From the NCBI GenBank assembly GCA_032718475.1, contig JAUCBJ010005706.1, forward strand, positions 1 through 33,644: a stretch of DNA of 33,644 nucleotides. The letters run 5' to 3'. Every line of letters starts with the position of its first letter. Position 1 is the stretch's first letter. A model generated the notes under the pieces. It was not told the DNA's origin, did no database searches, and saw nothing but the letters and a program-made list of their open reading frames with translations. This document shows positions 1-10,481 of this stretch, piece after piece. The stretch is from Nemertoderma westbladi. Taxonomy: Eukaryota > Animalia > Xenacoelomorpha. A program made the position numbers and the translations under genes.

Positions 1-1121
1 GCAAAGAAATGGGAATGCATTTAATGTTTAGACATGTGGCCCTCTAGCGGGAGACCATTGCACTGATGGTGTCTGAAAGTCTCTCAAAAATCTCAACTTT
101 TGCTCATATTGATACCTACAAATTTTCAACTTGGCAGCTTTAAATCCGACAAAGTTATTAGCATGTCAAAATCGTAACGACGACAACGATTTCACTTTTA
201 GACCTTTGGCCCTCTAGCGGCAGACTGGAGAACTGCAGATGGATTCGCCTCGTTTGAAAGTCACAGCTAATGGTCTAATACATATCTGCCAAGTTTCAGC
301 TTAAACGGATTAAAAGCAAAGAAATGGGAGGGCATTTAATGTTTAGACATGTGGCCCTCTAGCGGGAGACCATTGCACTGATGGTGTCTGAAAGTCTCTC
401 AAAAATCTCAACTTTTGCTCATATTGATACCTACAAATTTTCAACTTGGCAGCTTTAAATCCGACAAAGTTATTAGCATGTCAAAATCGTAACGACGACA
501 ACGATTTCACTTTCAGACCTTTGGCCCTCTAGCGGCAGACTGGAGAACTGCAGATGGATTCGCCTCCTTTGAAAGTCACAGCTAATGGTCTAATACATAT
601 CTGCCAAGTTTCAGCTTAAACGGATTAAAAGCAAAGAAATGGGAGGGCATTTAATGTTTAGACATGTGGCCCTCTAGCGGGAGACCATTGCACTGATGGT
701 GTCTGAAAGTGTCTCAAAAATCTCAACTTTTGCTCATATTGATACCTACAAATTTTCAACTTGGCAGCTTTAAATCCGACAAAGTTATTAGCATGTCAAA
801 ATCGTAACGACGACAACGATTTCACTTTCAGACCTTTGGCCCTCTAGCGGCAGACTGGAGAACTGCAGATAGATTCGCCTCCTTTGAAAGTCACAGCTAA
901 TGGTCTAATACATATCTGCCAAGTTTCAGCTTAAACGGATTAAAAGCAAAGAAATGGGAGGGCATTTAATGTTTAGACATGTGGCCCTCTAGCGGGAGAC
1001 CATTGCACTGATGGTGTCTGAAAGTCTCTCAAAAATCTCAACTTTTGCTCATATTGATACCTACAAATTTTCAACTTGGCAGCTTTAAATCCGACAAAGT
1101 TATTAGCATGTCAAAATCGTA
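1..1121. repeat. 315-bp tandem repeat array (about 3.6 near-identical copies, open at the window start)
   Basis: GCAAAGAAATGGGA recurs at 1, 316, 631 and 946 (period 315). Each unit carries two copies of TGGCCCTCTAGCGG. Confidence 0.97.
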
Positions 1122-1162
<41 letters not shown>

Positions 1163-1187
1163 AACGACGACGACGACGACGACGACA
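1122..1187. repeat. (ACG)n microsatellite
   Basis: About 22 ACG units with occasional ACA variants, expanded from the ACGACGACAACG motif present in each 315-bp unit. Confidence 0.95.
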
Positions 1188-2417
1188 ACTATTTGCATAA
1201 ATTGACCCACCCCCTAACAGTGTCAATTCGCTAAGGCTCCGCCAACTTCGTGGCTCGCCCCACAATGTCGTAAATAGTCATTCCAGAACATGTATTCATT
1301 TAACATGGGGTGTATCCAGTTCATAATGGTGGCACAGCCAAGGAGACACATAGTATATTGAAGGTGAGTTGATTGTATTGGATGTCCGACTCAACCAACA
1401 ACGGCTGGGATATCCCAGTGAGGGATTATAATGTATTGTACAGTATATGCCTATTGTATACCCTATACAATAGGGCTTCCCTCTAATAACAATTACACAA
1501 TGCAATATATTATACTGTAGTATTTCTCCGTGACTTGCGTTATGGGCGTATTACTCAGTAGCATTTTAGTATTGTAACTGTGTTGTTAATACAGTAATAT
1601 TCATTCTAATTGTATATCTTTCCGGCTAATATCTTTTACTAGGCCTACTTTAATTATTTAATTAATTACTTTTATATACTGTATTATTAAATTTATATCA
1701 CAATGATTAATCACTTTTGAATTTATGGAAACTAAACACTTATTATTTCGATTCGTTTAACTTAATGTAATTAAATTTCATGTTTAACATTTTAATTTGT
1801 AATAAATTAAGCTTTTCTTTTCTTTACTAACCTTCATATCATTGTCATCGCCAGTTTCTTTAATCCTTTGACAATGCGTGCACGCTCTATACTCTACCTC
1901 ATTCAACCTCCGCTTCATAGTCCACCTGTACACTACGTTGGGGTCATCCTCCTTGACGGTCCTGATTTGCCCAAAGAGCTTCTTACTGAGAACCTTTTGC
2001 GCTTCGCCAAAATTGTTCATACTGTACTTATCCAGTAAATACTGTACAACCAGTAAAAATATAAAGCGTGGGAATGCGTGTCAAGGATAATTGCAAAGTT
2101 ATTATATATAACGCAGTTGGGAAATGACAAAATGAAAGTAAATTCAAATCTGAACGTAATCCCCACCTGTGATTGAGACTGTGACTAAGAATACCATAGA
2201 ATACAATATTATATTGAATGTGTGGTTGTCGAAGAACATAACATACAGTATGAAAGATGGTAAACCCCCCCCCCCCCCCCCCCCCCCCACCTCCTCTGGA
2301 TACTCCGATGCTGAAAAACATTATTAGGGCCTACATTACATTTTTTGGACCTCATCAGTACGTAAACACCATAGAATAATATTGATAATGATTCCCTATG
2401 TAAAACCAAGACAATAG

Positions 2418-2630
2418 TGTCGAGCGTTGAGAAAGAGATACAACTTCAATATTCCAAATACAATATAATATAATAGGCTAACATCATATAGCCTAACTAA
2501 CGGTAACGCAATACAAGTATTAATACATCAGGCACAGCTACTACAATCTGTATGTAGGCCTATATATATAACCATACATATATAACGGTACCGTATTTCG
2601 CCCTGTACTACACACTACACAAACTCTACA
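2418..2630 (-). repeat. 3' LTR of the Gypsy element (213 bp)
   Basis: TGTCGAGCG...AACTCTACA. Matches 6722-6929 except CATATATAA versus GGTA at one spot. Confidence 0.96.
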
Positions 2631-2642
2631 TACTCCCCCGCT
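2631..2642 (-). other. Polypurine tract
   Basis: Minus strand AGCGGGGGAGTA lies immediately before the 3' LTR start TGTAGAG. Confidence 0.85.
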
Positions 2643-2851
2643 AATAAAGCTAAAATATATAATATATATTTCAGGAAAAATCCGAAGAAAACGTTACAAA
2701 GGAGGATGTCATTAGTTCCGAAAGTCTATACCTAGTTACCAATTTAGTTACAGTTTAAGACTAACAATACTAAAGAAAATATTGATTACATACCCAAAAA
2801 AAAGGAAACCCTACTTTACCAGTGCAATGTCTTTATGTGTGGCCTCCTAAT

Positions 2852-5800
2852 CTATTTATATATACGACCACTCCTAGTACATGAAGTCTGAGTATTATGT
2901 GTGTTCCTTGTAGTGGTAGAGCTCTGGGGCTCTTCTCCATGATTTGAGGGACTATTCACCGCAAAATCATAACTTATATCGAACGTTTCCTCTTCTGTAT
3001 TCCCAGGATTCATATTGTCATTATCGACTTGCTCCACTGAATCCACTATCGACTGGGGACAGCGCGATAGTTTAGAGATATTCACTGTGTCTATCCAACC
3101 ATTGCCATCATCAACCTTTACAATCTGGTTGGAGATTACTTCTATCACTTGCGCTTTGACAAGAGACTGTGTAGGTCCCTTCTTACAGAATACCCAGTTG
3201 CCATTCCTCAACCAGGTTGGTCCCGTGAATTTTACATAGGGTTTATCGGAGCTGGATGGCCTGGGTGCGACTGTAGAGAATCTGTTAAATCTTAAGAACC
3301 TCGAGTGAGGTGTGACACCTGTAATACGGTTAGTCAAGGCACGTATATTCCCCAATGCATTATCCAGCTCTGACTCCCATTGGTTCACATTCTTATTGGA
3401 CTCTGCCAACCGAAGCAGAATGTGCCGCCAAATTATTCCGTTGTACCGTTCACACTGCCCATTACCTGAAGGATGATAGGCAGTTGTACGTGTTTTAGTA
3501 ATATTCCATGATTCAAGATAATCTCTAAATTTCTGACTTTCGAACTGTGATCCTCTGTCAGAATGGACAGACTTACATGGACCAAATAGAGTAAACAGCG
3601 ATGTTAAACATCGCTCAACAGTTTCTAACTTCATGTTTGGTACAGGAAATGCAAATGGAAATCTCGAAAACTCATCAATGCAAACGAATAAGTATTTATT
3701 TCTGGTGGCTGATGGTATGGGTCCTTTAAAGTCAACCGAGACTCTCTCCCATGGTTCTGTAGATGATGTAATTGTCCCGGGAGTTGGTTTTACAAACCTT
3801 GGTTTCTGCTCACAACAAATTATACAGTCATGACATATCTTAGCGCAATCTTGCTTCAGCCCTGGCCAATCATAAAATTGTTTAATGAATTGATATGTCC
3901 TTTCCACACCAGGGTGCCCCAAACCTCTATGAATCGTGTCCAATGAAACAGAACCTTGTCCATCCTGTAATCCTCCATCTGACGACTGAGATGCGCAACA
4001 CCGGCTCAGTGCATCAGCTATGATATTGTCTGTACCTCTCCGGTAACTGATTTCAAATGCAAACTCAGCCAACTCGATGCGCCACCTACACAATTTCCTA
4101 TTCTTCACTTTTGTTTTTGGCCGTTCATCTAACAAGTATGATACTCCTTCCTGATCTGTTAATATTTCAAAACGCCGCCCCATTAGAAAGTCTCTCAGTT
4201 TATCCACACAGTAATATATCGCAAAGGCCTCTAGTTCTGGTGTGGACCAATATCGTTCTGTCTGACTAAGGCTGTGAGAAATAAAGGCGATGGGACGTCC
4301 ATTCTGTGATAGCATACCTCCAATAGCACTGTCAGATGCATCAGTTTCTAAAACTAAGGGATCAACTAAATTTGGTATCAATAAACACGACTCCACTATC
4401 TGTCTTTTAATTTCTGTGATAGCCTGGATACATTCACTATTCAACGGGAAGCACCCCTCTTTGAGTGATACAAAGAGTGGATTAGCTACCATAGCAAAGT
4501 TCTTCACCCATTTTGAGTAATATACGCATATTCCAACAAGCCTTTCTAAAGCTTTCTTGTTACTGGGCACTGGCAGGTCCATAAGCCCTTGATATCTAGA
4601 AGGATCCGGTTTGGTACAACCATTACCAATAATATGACCCATAAACTGAATTTCAGTTTTGTGGAACTCACACTTAGTTAGCTTAAACCTCATTTGGGCA
4701 ATTCTTGCTCTCTCTAGGAACTTCCGCACCCGCTCATCATGCTCTTTCGTATCATTACCAAATACAACAACGTCATCCACTATTACTTCAACCCCTTCTA
4801 GGTCTGAAATAATGTTCATAATTTCTCTCTGGAACACTGCGGTTCCATTAGTTACCCCATATGGGAGTCTATTAAATTGAAACAGTTTACCCCCGGCCTC
4901 GAATGCGGTGTAAGGTCTTTCCTCTTCCTTGATAGGTAGCTGGTGATAGGCCGACCTTAAATCGAATTTTGAAAAAACCTTACCAACAGCTATACGATCA
5001 ATAATTTCCGAAACCACTGGGAAGGGGTATGCATCATGTTCAGTGAACTGGTTTATCGTCGAAGCATAATCTATGCAAAACCGACGCTTATCCCCCTCGT
5101 GGGAAATCACACACTGGGACCTCCATGGGCTTTGGGAAGGTTCTATTACCCCATCTCCTAATAGTCGTGTTACTTCGGATTGAATAAACTTACGGTCATC
5201 ACTGCTCCTGTAACGGGATGCAGAACGGATGGGAGTGGCCTCGGAATTCAGTATAATGACTGACACAGGTTCCACAGCTAACCCCACATTTTCTTCAACA
5301 AACAATTCCTGAAATTCTTCGAGTAACCCACCACTACAGCTTGAGACCCGTAAGTTACCCTGATTACCTCCAAAAGGCAACTGAACCTCGGTAAACTCCT
5401 TCAGAGCTGACACACCCAGAATTGCCGGATCACACAACTCCCTAGCAATAAACACTGGGACAACTATATAACGGTTATCAATTTCTATAATGGTTTCAAC
5501 TTTCCCCAATATATTAAGCGACTGGTTCCCAATAGAAAGACATGAAGTGCCTATTGTGGACCCATTTATCTGCCATTTAAACTTCTTAGCAGTATGTAAA
5601 TCAACTAGCGTTATATCCGAACCAGGATCCACAAGCCAATCTAATTGTATATCATTCACCTTTGCCGTTACAAACTTCCTTAAACTTCCACCGGTATTCT
5701 GGTGTCCGTCATTGGCGGCAACCCGAAATGCAGCCGAACTTGAACTGTTTCCCGGCGCCACATTCCCAGTAGGTTTAGAACCAGGAGTGGTAGAGCGACA

Positions 5801-6694
5801 CATTCTAGCGAAATGGCCCGGTTTACCACACTTGTGGCAATCAACACTCCTTGCTCTACATTCAGTTTTAGAATGAAAAGCTGCAGAACCGCAACCAAAA
5901 CACCTCCATTTCCCTGATGGACTTGACTGTTGGGTCGCCCGACCAGAACATACATAGGCGGGGTTATGGATTGATGACCCATCCACACCGGGTCCAGTTT
6001 CAGCCAATCTTGTGAGAGCCCTTGGGACATTCGCAACTTTAGACCCATGTGACGCTGTAACGCCCCCAGAATGTTCCACAGCTGCTCTCACAGAGGACTG
6101 TTCAATCTCTGCCGTCGAGAACGCATCCTCAAATCCAAACACATTCCCCGACTTTTCCGCCGATTTATAAGCCCGGAACACTGCAACGCGAATGTCGTCC
6201 GAGGCAACTCCAGTACAAAACGCATCCCGAAGCGCCTCGTTCTCAAAGGCTGCAGGGAAACGACAAAAACTAATATTCTTCCTCAGATCCGATACAAAAT
6301 CATCTAAACTCGCTCCATCACTTTGCTTTGATGAATAAAGCTTAACTCGTTCGCTTAACGCGTTTCTCTCCATCATCAGCTTCTTTTCGAGGAAGCTAAC
6401 CGCTTGAGTGAACTCGGTTTCTCCAGGATTTAAGGTTCCCCACACCTTCACCTCGTCGTAATATCTAGCTGCTTTCTCGCCGGAGTAAAGCAACAGCCAA
6501 TCTACCTTTTCCGAATCGGGAACTCTGGATAGACGTATGAAGCGCTTAAACTGATTCATCCACTGAGAGAAGTCATCTTTGTCAGGGTTAAACTTCTCCA
6601 AAACACGGCTTAGTGTAGGACCGGTTCTCCGTTGTCCAGTACCAACGTCGTAGGGTTCAGTGTTAGTACCGGTACTCTGATCGGCTTCAGCCAT
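2852..6694 (-). CDS. Gag-Pol polyprotein, 1280 aa (Gag with two zinc knuckles, protease, RT, RNase H, integrase)
   Basis: Knuckles CFGCGSAAFHSKTEC and CHKCGKPGHFARMC. Protease LVDPGSD. RT motifs KFDLRSAYHQ, RLPYG and IVDD. RNase H TDAS, ELEA and ADALSR. Integrase HHCC plus VDFKGP, HSDRGSQF and NGQCER. Confidence 0.97.
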   Translation of the reverse strand: MAEADQSTGTNTEPYDVGTGQRRTGPTLSRVLEKFNPDKDDFSQWMNQFKRFIRLSRVPDSEKVDWLLLYSGEKAARYYDEVKVWGTLNPGETEFTQAVSFLEKKLMMERNALSERVKLYSSKQSDGASLDDFVSDLRKNISFCRFPAAFENEALRDAFCTGVASDDIRVAVFRAYKSAEKSGNVFGFEDAFSTAEIEQSSVRAAVEHSGGVTASHGSKVANVPRALTRLAETGPGVDGSSIHNPAYVCSGRATQQSSPSGKWRCFGCGSAAFHSKTECRARSVDCHKCGKPGHFARMCRSTTPGSKPTGNVAPGNSSSSAAFRVAANDGHQNTGGSLRKFVTAKVNDIQLDWLVDPGSDITLVDLHTAKKFKWQINGSTIGTSCLSIGNQSLNILGKVETIIEIDNRYIVVPVFIARELCDPAILGVSALKEFTEVQLPFGGNQGNLRVSSCSGGLLEEFQELFVEENVGLAVEPVSVIILNSEATPIRSASRYRSSDDRKFIQSEVTRLLGDGVIEPSQSPWRSQCVISHEGDKRRFCIDYASTINQFTEHDAYPFPVVSEIIDRIAVGKVFSKFDLRSAYHQLPIKEEERPYTAFEAGGKLFQFNRLPYGVTNGTAVFQREIMNIISDLEGVEVIVDDVVVFGNDTKEHDERVRKFLERARIAQMRFKLTKCEFHKTEIQFMGHIIGNGCTKPDPSRYQGLMDLPVPSNKKALERLVGICVYYSKWVKNFAMVANPLFVSLKEGCFPLNSECIQAITEIKRQIVESCLLIPNLVDPLVLETDASDSAIGGMLSQNGRPIAFISHSLSQTERYWSTPELEAFAIYYCVDKLRDFLMGRRFEILTDQEGVSYLLDERPKTKVKNRKLCRWRIELAEFAFEISYRRGTDNIIADALSRCCASQSSDGGLQDGQGSVSLDTIHRGLGHPGVERTYQFIKQFYDWPGLKQDCAKICHDCIICCEQKPRFVKPTPGTITSSTEPWERVSVDFKGPIPSATRNKYLFVCIDEFSRFPFAFPVPNMKLETVERCLTSLFTLFGPCKSVHSDRGSQFESQKFRDYLESWNITKTRTTAYHPSGNGQCERYNGIIWRHILLRLAESNKNVNQWESELDNALGNIRALTNRITGVTPHSRFLRFNRFSTVAPRPSSSDKPYVKFTGPTWLRNGNWVFCKKGPTQSLVKAQVIEVISNQIVKVDDGNGWIDTVNISKLSRCPQSIVDSVEQVDNDNMNPGNTEEETFDISYDFAVNSPSNHGEEPQSSTTTRNTHNTQTSCTRSGRIYK

Positions 6695-6721
6695 ATCAGA
6701 ATTGAATTAATACTTGTATTT

Positions 6722-6929
6722 TGTCGAGCGTTGAGAAAGAGATACAACTTCAATATTCCAAATACAATATAATATAATAGGCTAACATCATATAGCCTAA
6801 CTAACGGTAACGCAATACAAGTATTAATACATCAGGCACAGCTACTACAATCTGTATGTAGGCCTATATATATAACCATAGGTACGGTACCGTATTTCGC
6901 CCTGTACTACACACTACACAAACTCTACA
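6722..6929 (-). repeat. 5' LTR of the Gypsy element (208 bp)
   Basis: Direct repeat of 2418-2630, with a TATA-like run at 6865-6874, followed by the TSD AATAG. Confidence 0.96.
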
Positions 6930-6934
6930 AATAG

Positions 6935-7084
6935 ATTAGCCGTAACGCGACAGTTAGCCGTAACGCGACTTTTATATTAGCCGTACCGCGACTTTTAAAA
7001 GTCGCGTTACGGCTAATCTCTCAAAAAATTAGCCGTGACGCAACATTAGCCGTGACGCGACATTAGCCGTAACGCGACGACACC
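6935..7084. repeat. Cluster of 17-bp ATTAGCCGTAACGCGAC motifs (6 direct, 1 inverted); probable DNA-transposon terminus
   Basis: Copies start at 6935, 6953, 6976, 7028, 7045 and 7062, with an inverted copy at 7001-7017. The cluster ends in GACACC. Confidence 0.8.
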
Positions 7085-8010
7085 CCTCTACACGGCACGG
7101 GCTGGCAGCCAAGGCGCCACGGGGGCCTAATCTTGGTCTGGACATACAGTATTATCTGAAACTGTTGCCCAACCCATTGCCTTTGTCGCTGAGGCATTTC
7201 ATAAGCTAGGCTGGACGACACGCTGGCTCCCAACTCCCACTCTGGGCTACCTCTGGCAAATAATCGCCATCCCCACAATCTTATATAAATAAAATCAAAT
7301 TCATGGTCGGAGCCCTCACAACCGACCAGCGACTGAAACTAGACTCCAATTATCGCAAATCCTTAAGAGGGCTAATGCATCTAGGGCGCTGCCCAACCCA
7401 TTGCCTTTGTCGCTGAGGCATTTCATAAGCTAGGCTGGACGACACGCTGGCTCCCAACTCCCACTCTGGGCTACCTCTGGCAAATAATCGCCATCCCCAC
7501 AATCTTATATAAATAAAATCAAATTCATGGTCGGAGCCCTCACAACCGACCAGCGACTGAAACTAGACTCCAATTATCGCAAATCCTTAAGAGGGCTAAT
7601 GCATCTAGGGCGCTATGCAAGTAACGAGGTAATTTACGGCCTCCTGCACTGCAGAACCATCTCCCTGGACGCGTTTCACGACTGCATCGGGAGTATCATG
7701 CGTTCTACCAAAAGTCCTAAGAGTCCATCCAGACCACCATCCGAACCCACATCCCACTAAACTGTAACGCAAATTACAACGGACTCGGCGGAACGTACAA
7801 GGAATGCCGGTCACTCTTCCCCATGCCACACATCACATCACTGCTGAATTACGACTACAGCAAATCAATGCTTATTTCGAGATTGAACCCTGGTTCCACA
7901 TCTGTCCGCGACAGCGATGCTATCAACTTTATAGAAAACTGGTACAAAATTATATCTATTCCCTTTCATCAAAAACATGACCGCATACTAGAATATTTCA
8001 ATGTCAACTA
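7085..8010 (+). mobile_element. Degenerate non-LTR retrotransposon (LINE) ORF2 C-terminal fragment
   Basis: KLDSNYRKSLRGLMHLGRYASNEVIYGLL resembles the region just downstream of RT in LINEs. The frame is broken and the boundaries are approximate. Confidence 0.55.
7166..7613. repeat. 224-bp tandem duplication
   Basis: TGCCCAACCC...CTAGGGCGC occurs at 7166-7389 and 7390-7613. Confidence 0.93.
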
Positions 8011-9954
8011 AATCTCGCTGGAAATCACCCAAACCACGATGGGGGTCCGAATACCACCTCACCGACAAGAACTACCATAACCACATGGACTACCCAGCAT
8101 ACCATCTCCTAGCTGACAACCATTCACACATTGTTCCTCTACGCGTTCTGTACAGTAAAGTTGGTGCTACATTATATTACTACTTTATTGATCCGATGTT
8201 TTTATTGAACGTTGCACACCGGGGCATTAAGCCTGCAATATTAATTATTGTATGCATTATTGTATGGTATGCATAAAGTTGGTGTGTGCTATATAAGTGC
8301 TGTGTGTAGGCCTATACATAGATGCCGCTCGGGCGCTCGGTCTACAGTGACACTTAGTTCGACTAGTCAGGGCTTTTCTACAGAACAGATGACACCAGGG
8401 CCTTCCGCTTCCACTAACATTTGAACATTTCGATGGGCGATATATTCAGTAAACCCGGAATCTGTTCCGACTTCAGTGTGCTAAATGCCTTAAATTCCTC
8501 GGAGACCGCCAGTATTAAGAATATACTGTCCATCGTCCATCGAAATTCATTATTCACAGAGTAAAATTAGTTATTTATCTGATGTAGATGAAGCTACTGC
8601 TGGACTCGGGGTTGAGGGGTGGGGAGGTTATTCTTTAAGAACCATCATGCTAGGTTTATTATCCTGCCAAAACCAAGTGGGACTCCTATCTGAATCCTCC
8701 AAAGACATATTGGCCCTTTAATATGTGTGGCCACCTTAACAGTGTTCGCTTCTAATCTTGCTTTCGATTACTAATAATTATTTCAACAAAACAAAAAAGC
8801 ATAGTATGGTTTCATGGTTATACCCAAGTCTTTGAAGGGTGATGTATTTTGTGTAATTTTATCAATTCCGAAAAGTGTTGATATGGTATGGGTGCCAGGA
8901 ACTCCTCATATGTCGAAAACTACTGGAGCTATTCAATTTTTATTTGTCTCGCCTGAAAGAGGACGTAATTTTAGTTAGGGACAAGTACTTTAGACGAGCT
9001 AGACATATTGTTTCAGGGGTTCTATCTAAGAGAAAAAACTGTCCCACTAAATTTAGGGGCTTTGCAGCAGCTTGGCAGGTCGTATCTATAGTAGGTCATG
9101 GGTGGAGCAGCACACGCCATCTCCCATTGGCCAGGAGAGCAATAACCCAAGTCCCTCTCAAGCTATAGTAGTTTATACTGCTGTAATGTGTCACATGTGC
9201 CTCCCAAACCTAGGAGATGGCTTTAGCTTTAAAGGTATTATATGTAAGGCTTATGTATAATGGGCGATTATTGGTATCTCAGTTCAGATATCAGACTTGT
9301 GCTATTACTGGTCACTGTTTATTACCTATGATATTTCTATTATACGTGGAAGGAAAAACAAAGATCTAGTTTTCCCAAGGCCCCTGAGTTGTATCATCCG
9401 TCCCTTACACAACCAATGTACTGGTACAACCAGTAACCGGCCGCGCATGCGTCTCCAGATCTAGCGACAACCAAATTTTTGATAAAATAAATTATTTTTA
9501 CCCTAGTTCTACCCCATTGTGGCGACAAAATGTCATATATTTTCTTATAGAATATAGGCTTAGCTTTTGTGCAGTATAATACCAGTATCCTTTAATGTAT
9601 GGAGGTTAGACTTAGGGTTAGGGTGCGATACATTTGTGTTTTTTTGTTTGTTGTTTTTTGTTTATGTTGTTGTTTGTTTGTATTGTTTGTGGTTTTTGAA
9701 GGCCCTAATGGCCGACTTTGGCTGATTTTGGGCGTTAATGTGCTGATTCTGTTTTTTTGTTAGTTTGTGGGGTGTAAGACTCAATCAAGGCTTTACCTGT
9801 TGTTTATGTTAGTCGGTATGTCGTGTGCAACCTTTAATTATCATTTTACGATAATTACATAGTCCGTTTATATTGAGGGTGCCGCACCAAGTCTTTGTTA
9901 GTTTCTGCTAGTTACACTTGTCAATCAACGGAAATGATAGCTTAGTTTTCAATA

Positions 9955-10255
9955 TGTGAAGTATTTGATGTGAAGTTGACGGCGATTTCACAAGATTTAA
10001 ATTTTGATGTGAAAATGACGTAGAATTCTTTGTCACATTTTAACATCCTTTAAAGTTACTTTGATAAATCCACATCACACTTTCCCGTCACATTTTGACA
10101 TCACAATTTTCTATCGACGGTAAAATTTTGCCATTAAATTGTGATGTGAAAATGTGATGTGAAAATGTGACGTGATGAATTCCACGTTATTTTCACGTCA
10201 AACACTCAAAATTAAAATGTTGTGAAATCGCAGTCAACTTGACGTCAAATTCACA
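9955..10255. mobile_element. Imperfect 300-bp foldback/MITE-like palindrome built from TGATGTGAAAA subrepeats
   Basis: The left arm TTTGATGTGAAGTTGACGGCGATTTCACAA is the approximate reverse complement of the right arm TTGTGAAATCGCAGTCAACTTGACGTCAAA. The symmetry continues inward. Confidence 0.7.
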
Positions 10256-10481
10256 ACTTTTTCAAAACACATTTTTTGACAATACAAGTAAAAGTTAGAA
10301 AAGTTAGTTTTGTTGTGGCCGATATGGGCCACCGTACATTATGTATAATATCAAGTTTCCGCTATAAAGTAAATCAAGTGGCTTAAAGGCTGCTGTAACG
10401 TCGATAACGTGAATGGGCGATGAACTAAGAACAACGTACTGGTAGCGGTCGCAAGTACTGCAGTGCAGTATGCTGGTATGT

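Larger units (their letters stand above)
1..1265 (-). mobile_element. Helentron-associated (HINE/DINE-like) non-autonomous element: terminus, microsatellite and internal tandem array
   Basis: The minus strand reads TT-GTGGGGCGAGCCACGAAGTTGGCGG (short GCCA/TGGC hairpin), then about 60 bp, then a (GTC)n microsatellite, then the tandem array. This order matches the known HINE architecture. Confidence 0.6.
2418..6929 (-). mobile_element. Full-length Ty3/Gypsy LTR retrotransposon (Mag-like), 4512 bp
   Basis: Two TG...CA LTRs (2418-2630, 6722-6929), 5-bp TSD AATAG (2413-2417, 6930-6934), PPT next to the 3' LTR and a single intact gag-pol ORF in PR-RT-RH-IN order. Confidence 0.97.

Noticed and set aside
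1071-1265. Arg-rich 64-aa ORF (protamine-like)
   Set aside because: It is a translation of the (CGT)n microsatellite.
6935-7084. CRISPR-like short repeat array
   Set aside because: There are no unique, regular-length spacers, one copy is inverted, the context is eukaryotic and no cas genes are present.
8600-9260. Possible decayed tyrosine-recombinase (DIRS) or other coding remnant
   Set aside because: Only a vague resemblance with many stops, and no convincing catalytic motif.
9612-9623. TTAGGG telomeric repeat
   Set aside because: Only two units.
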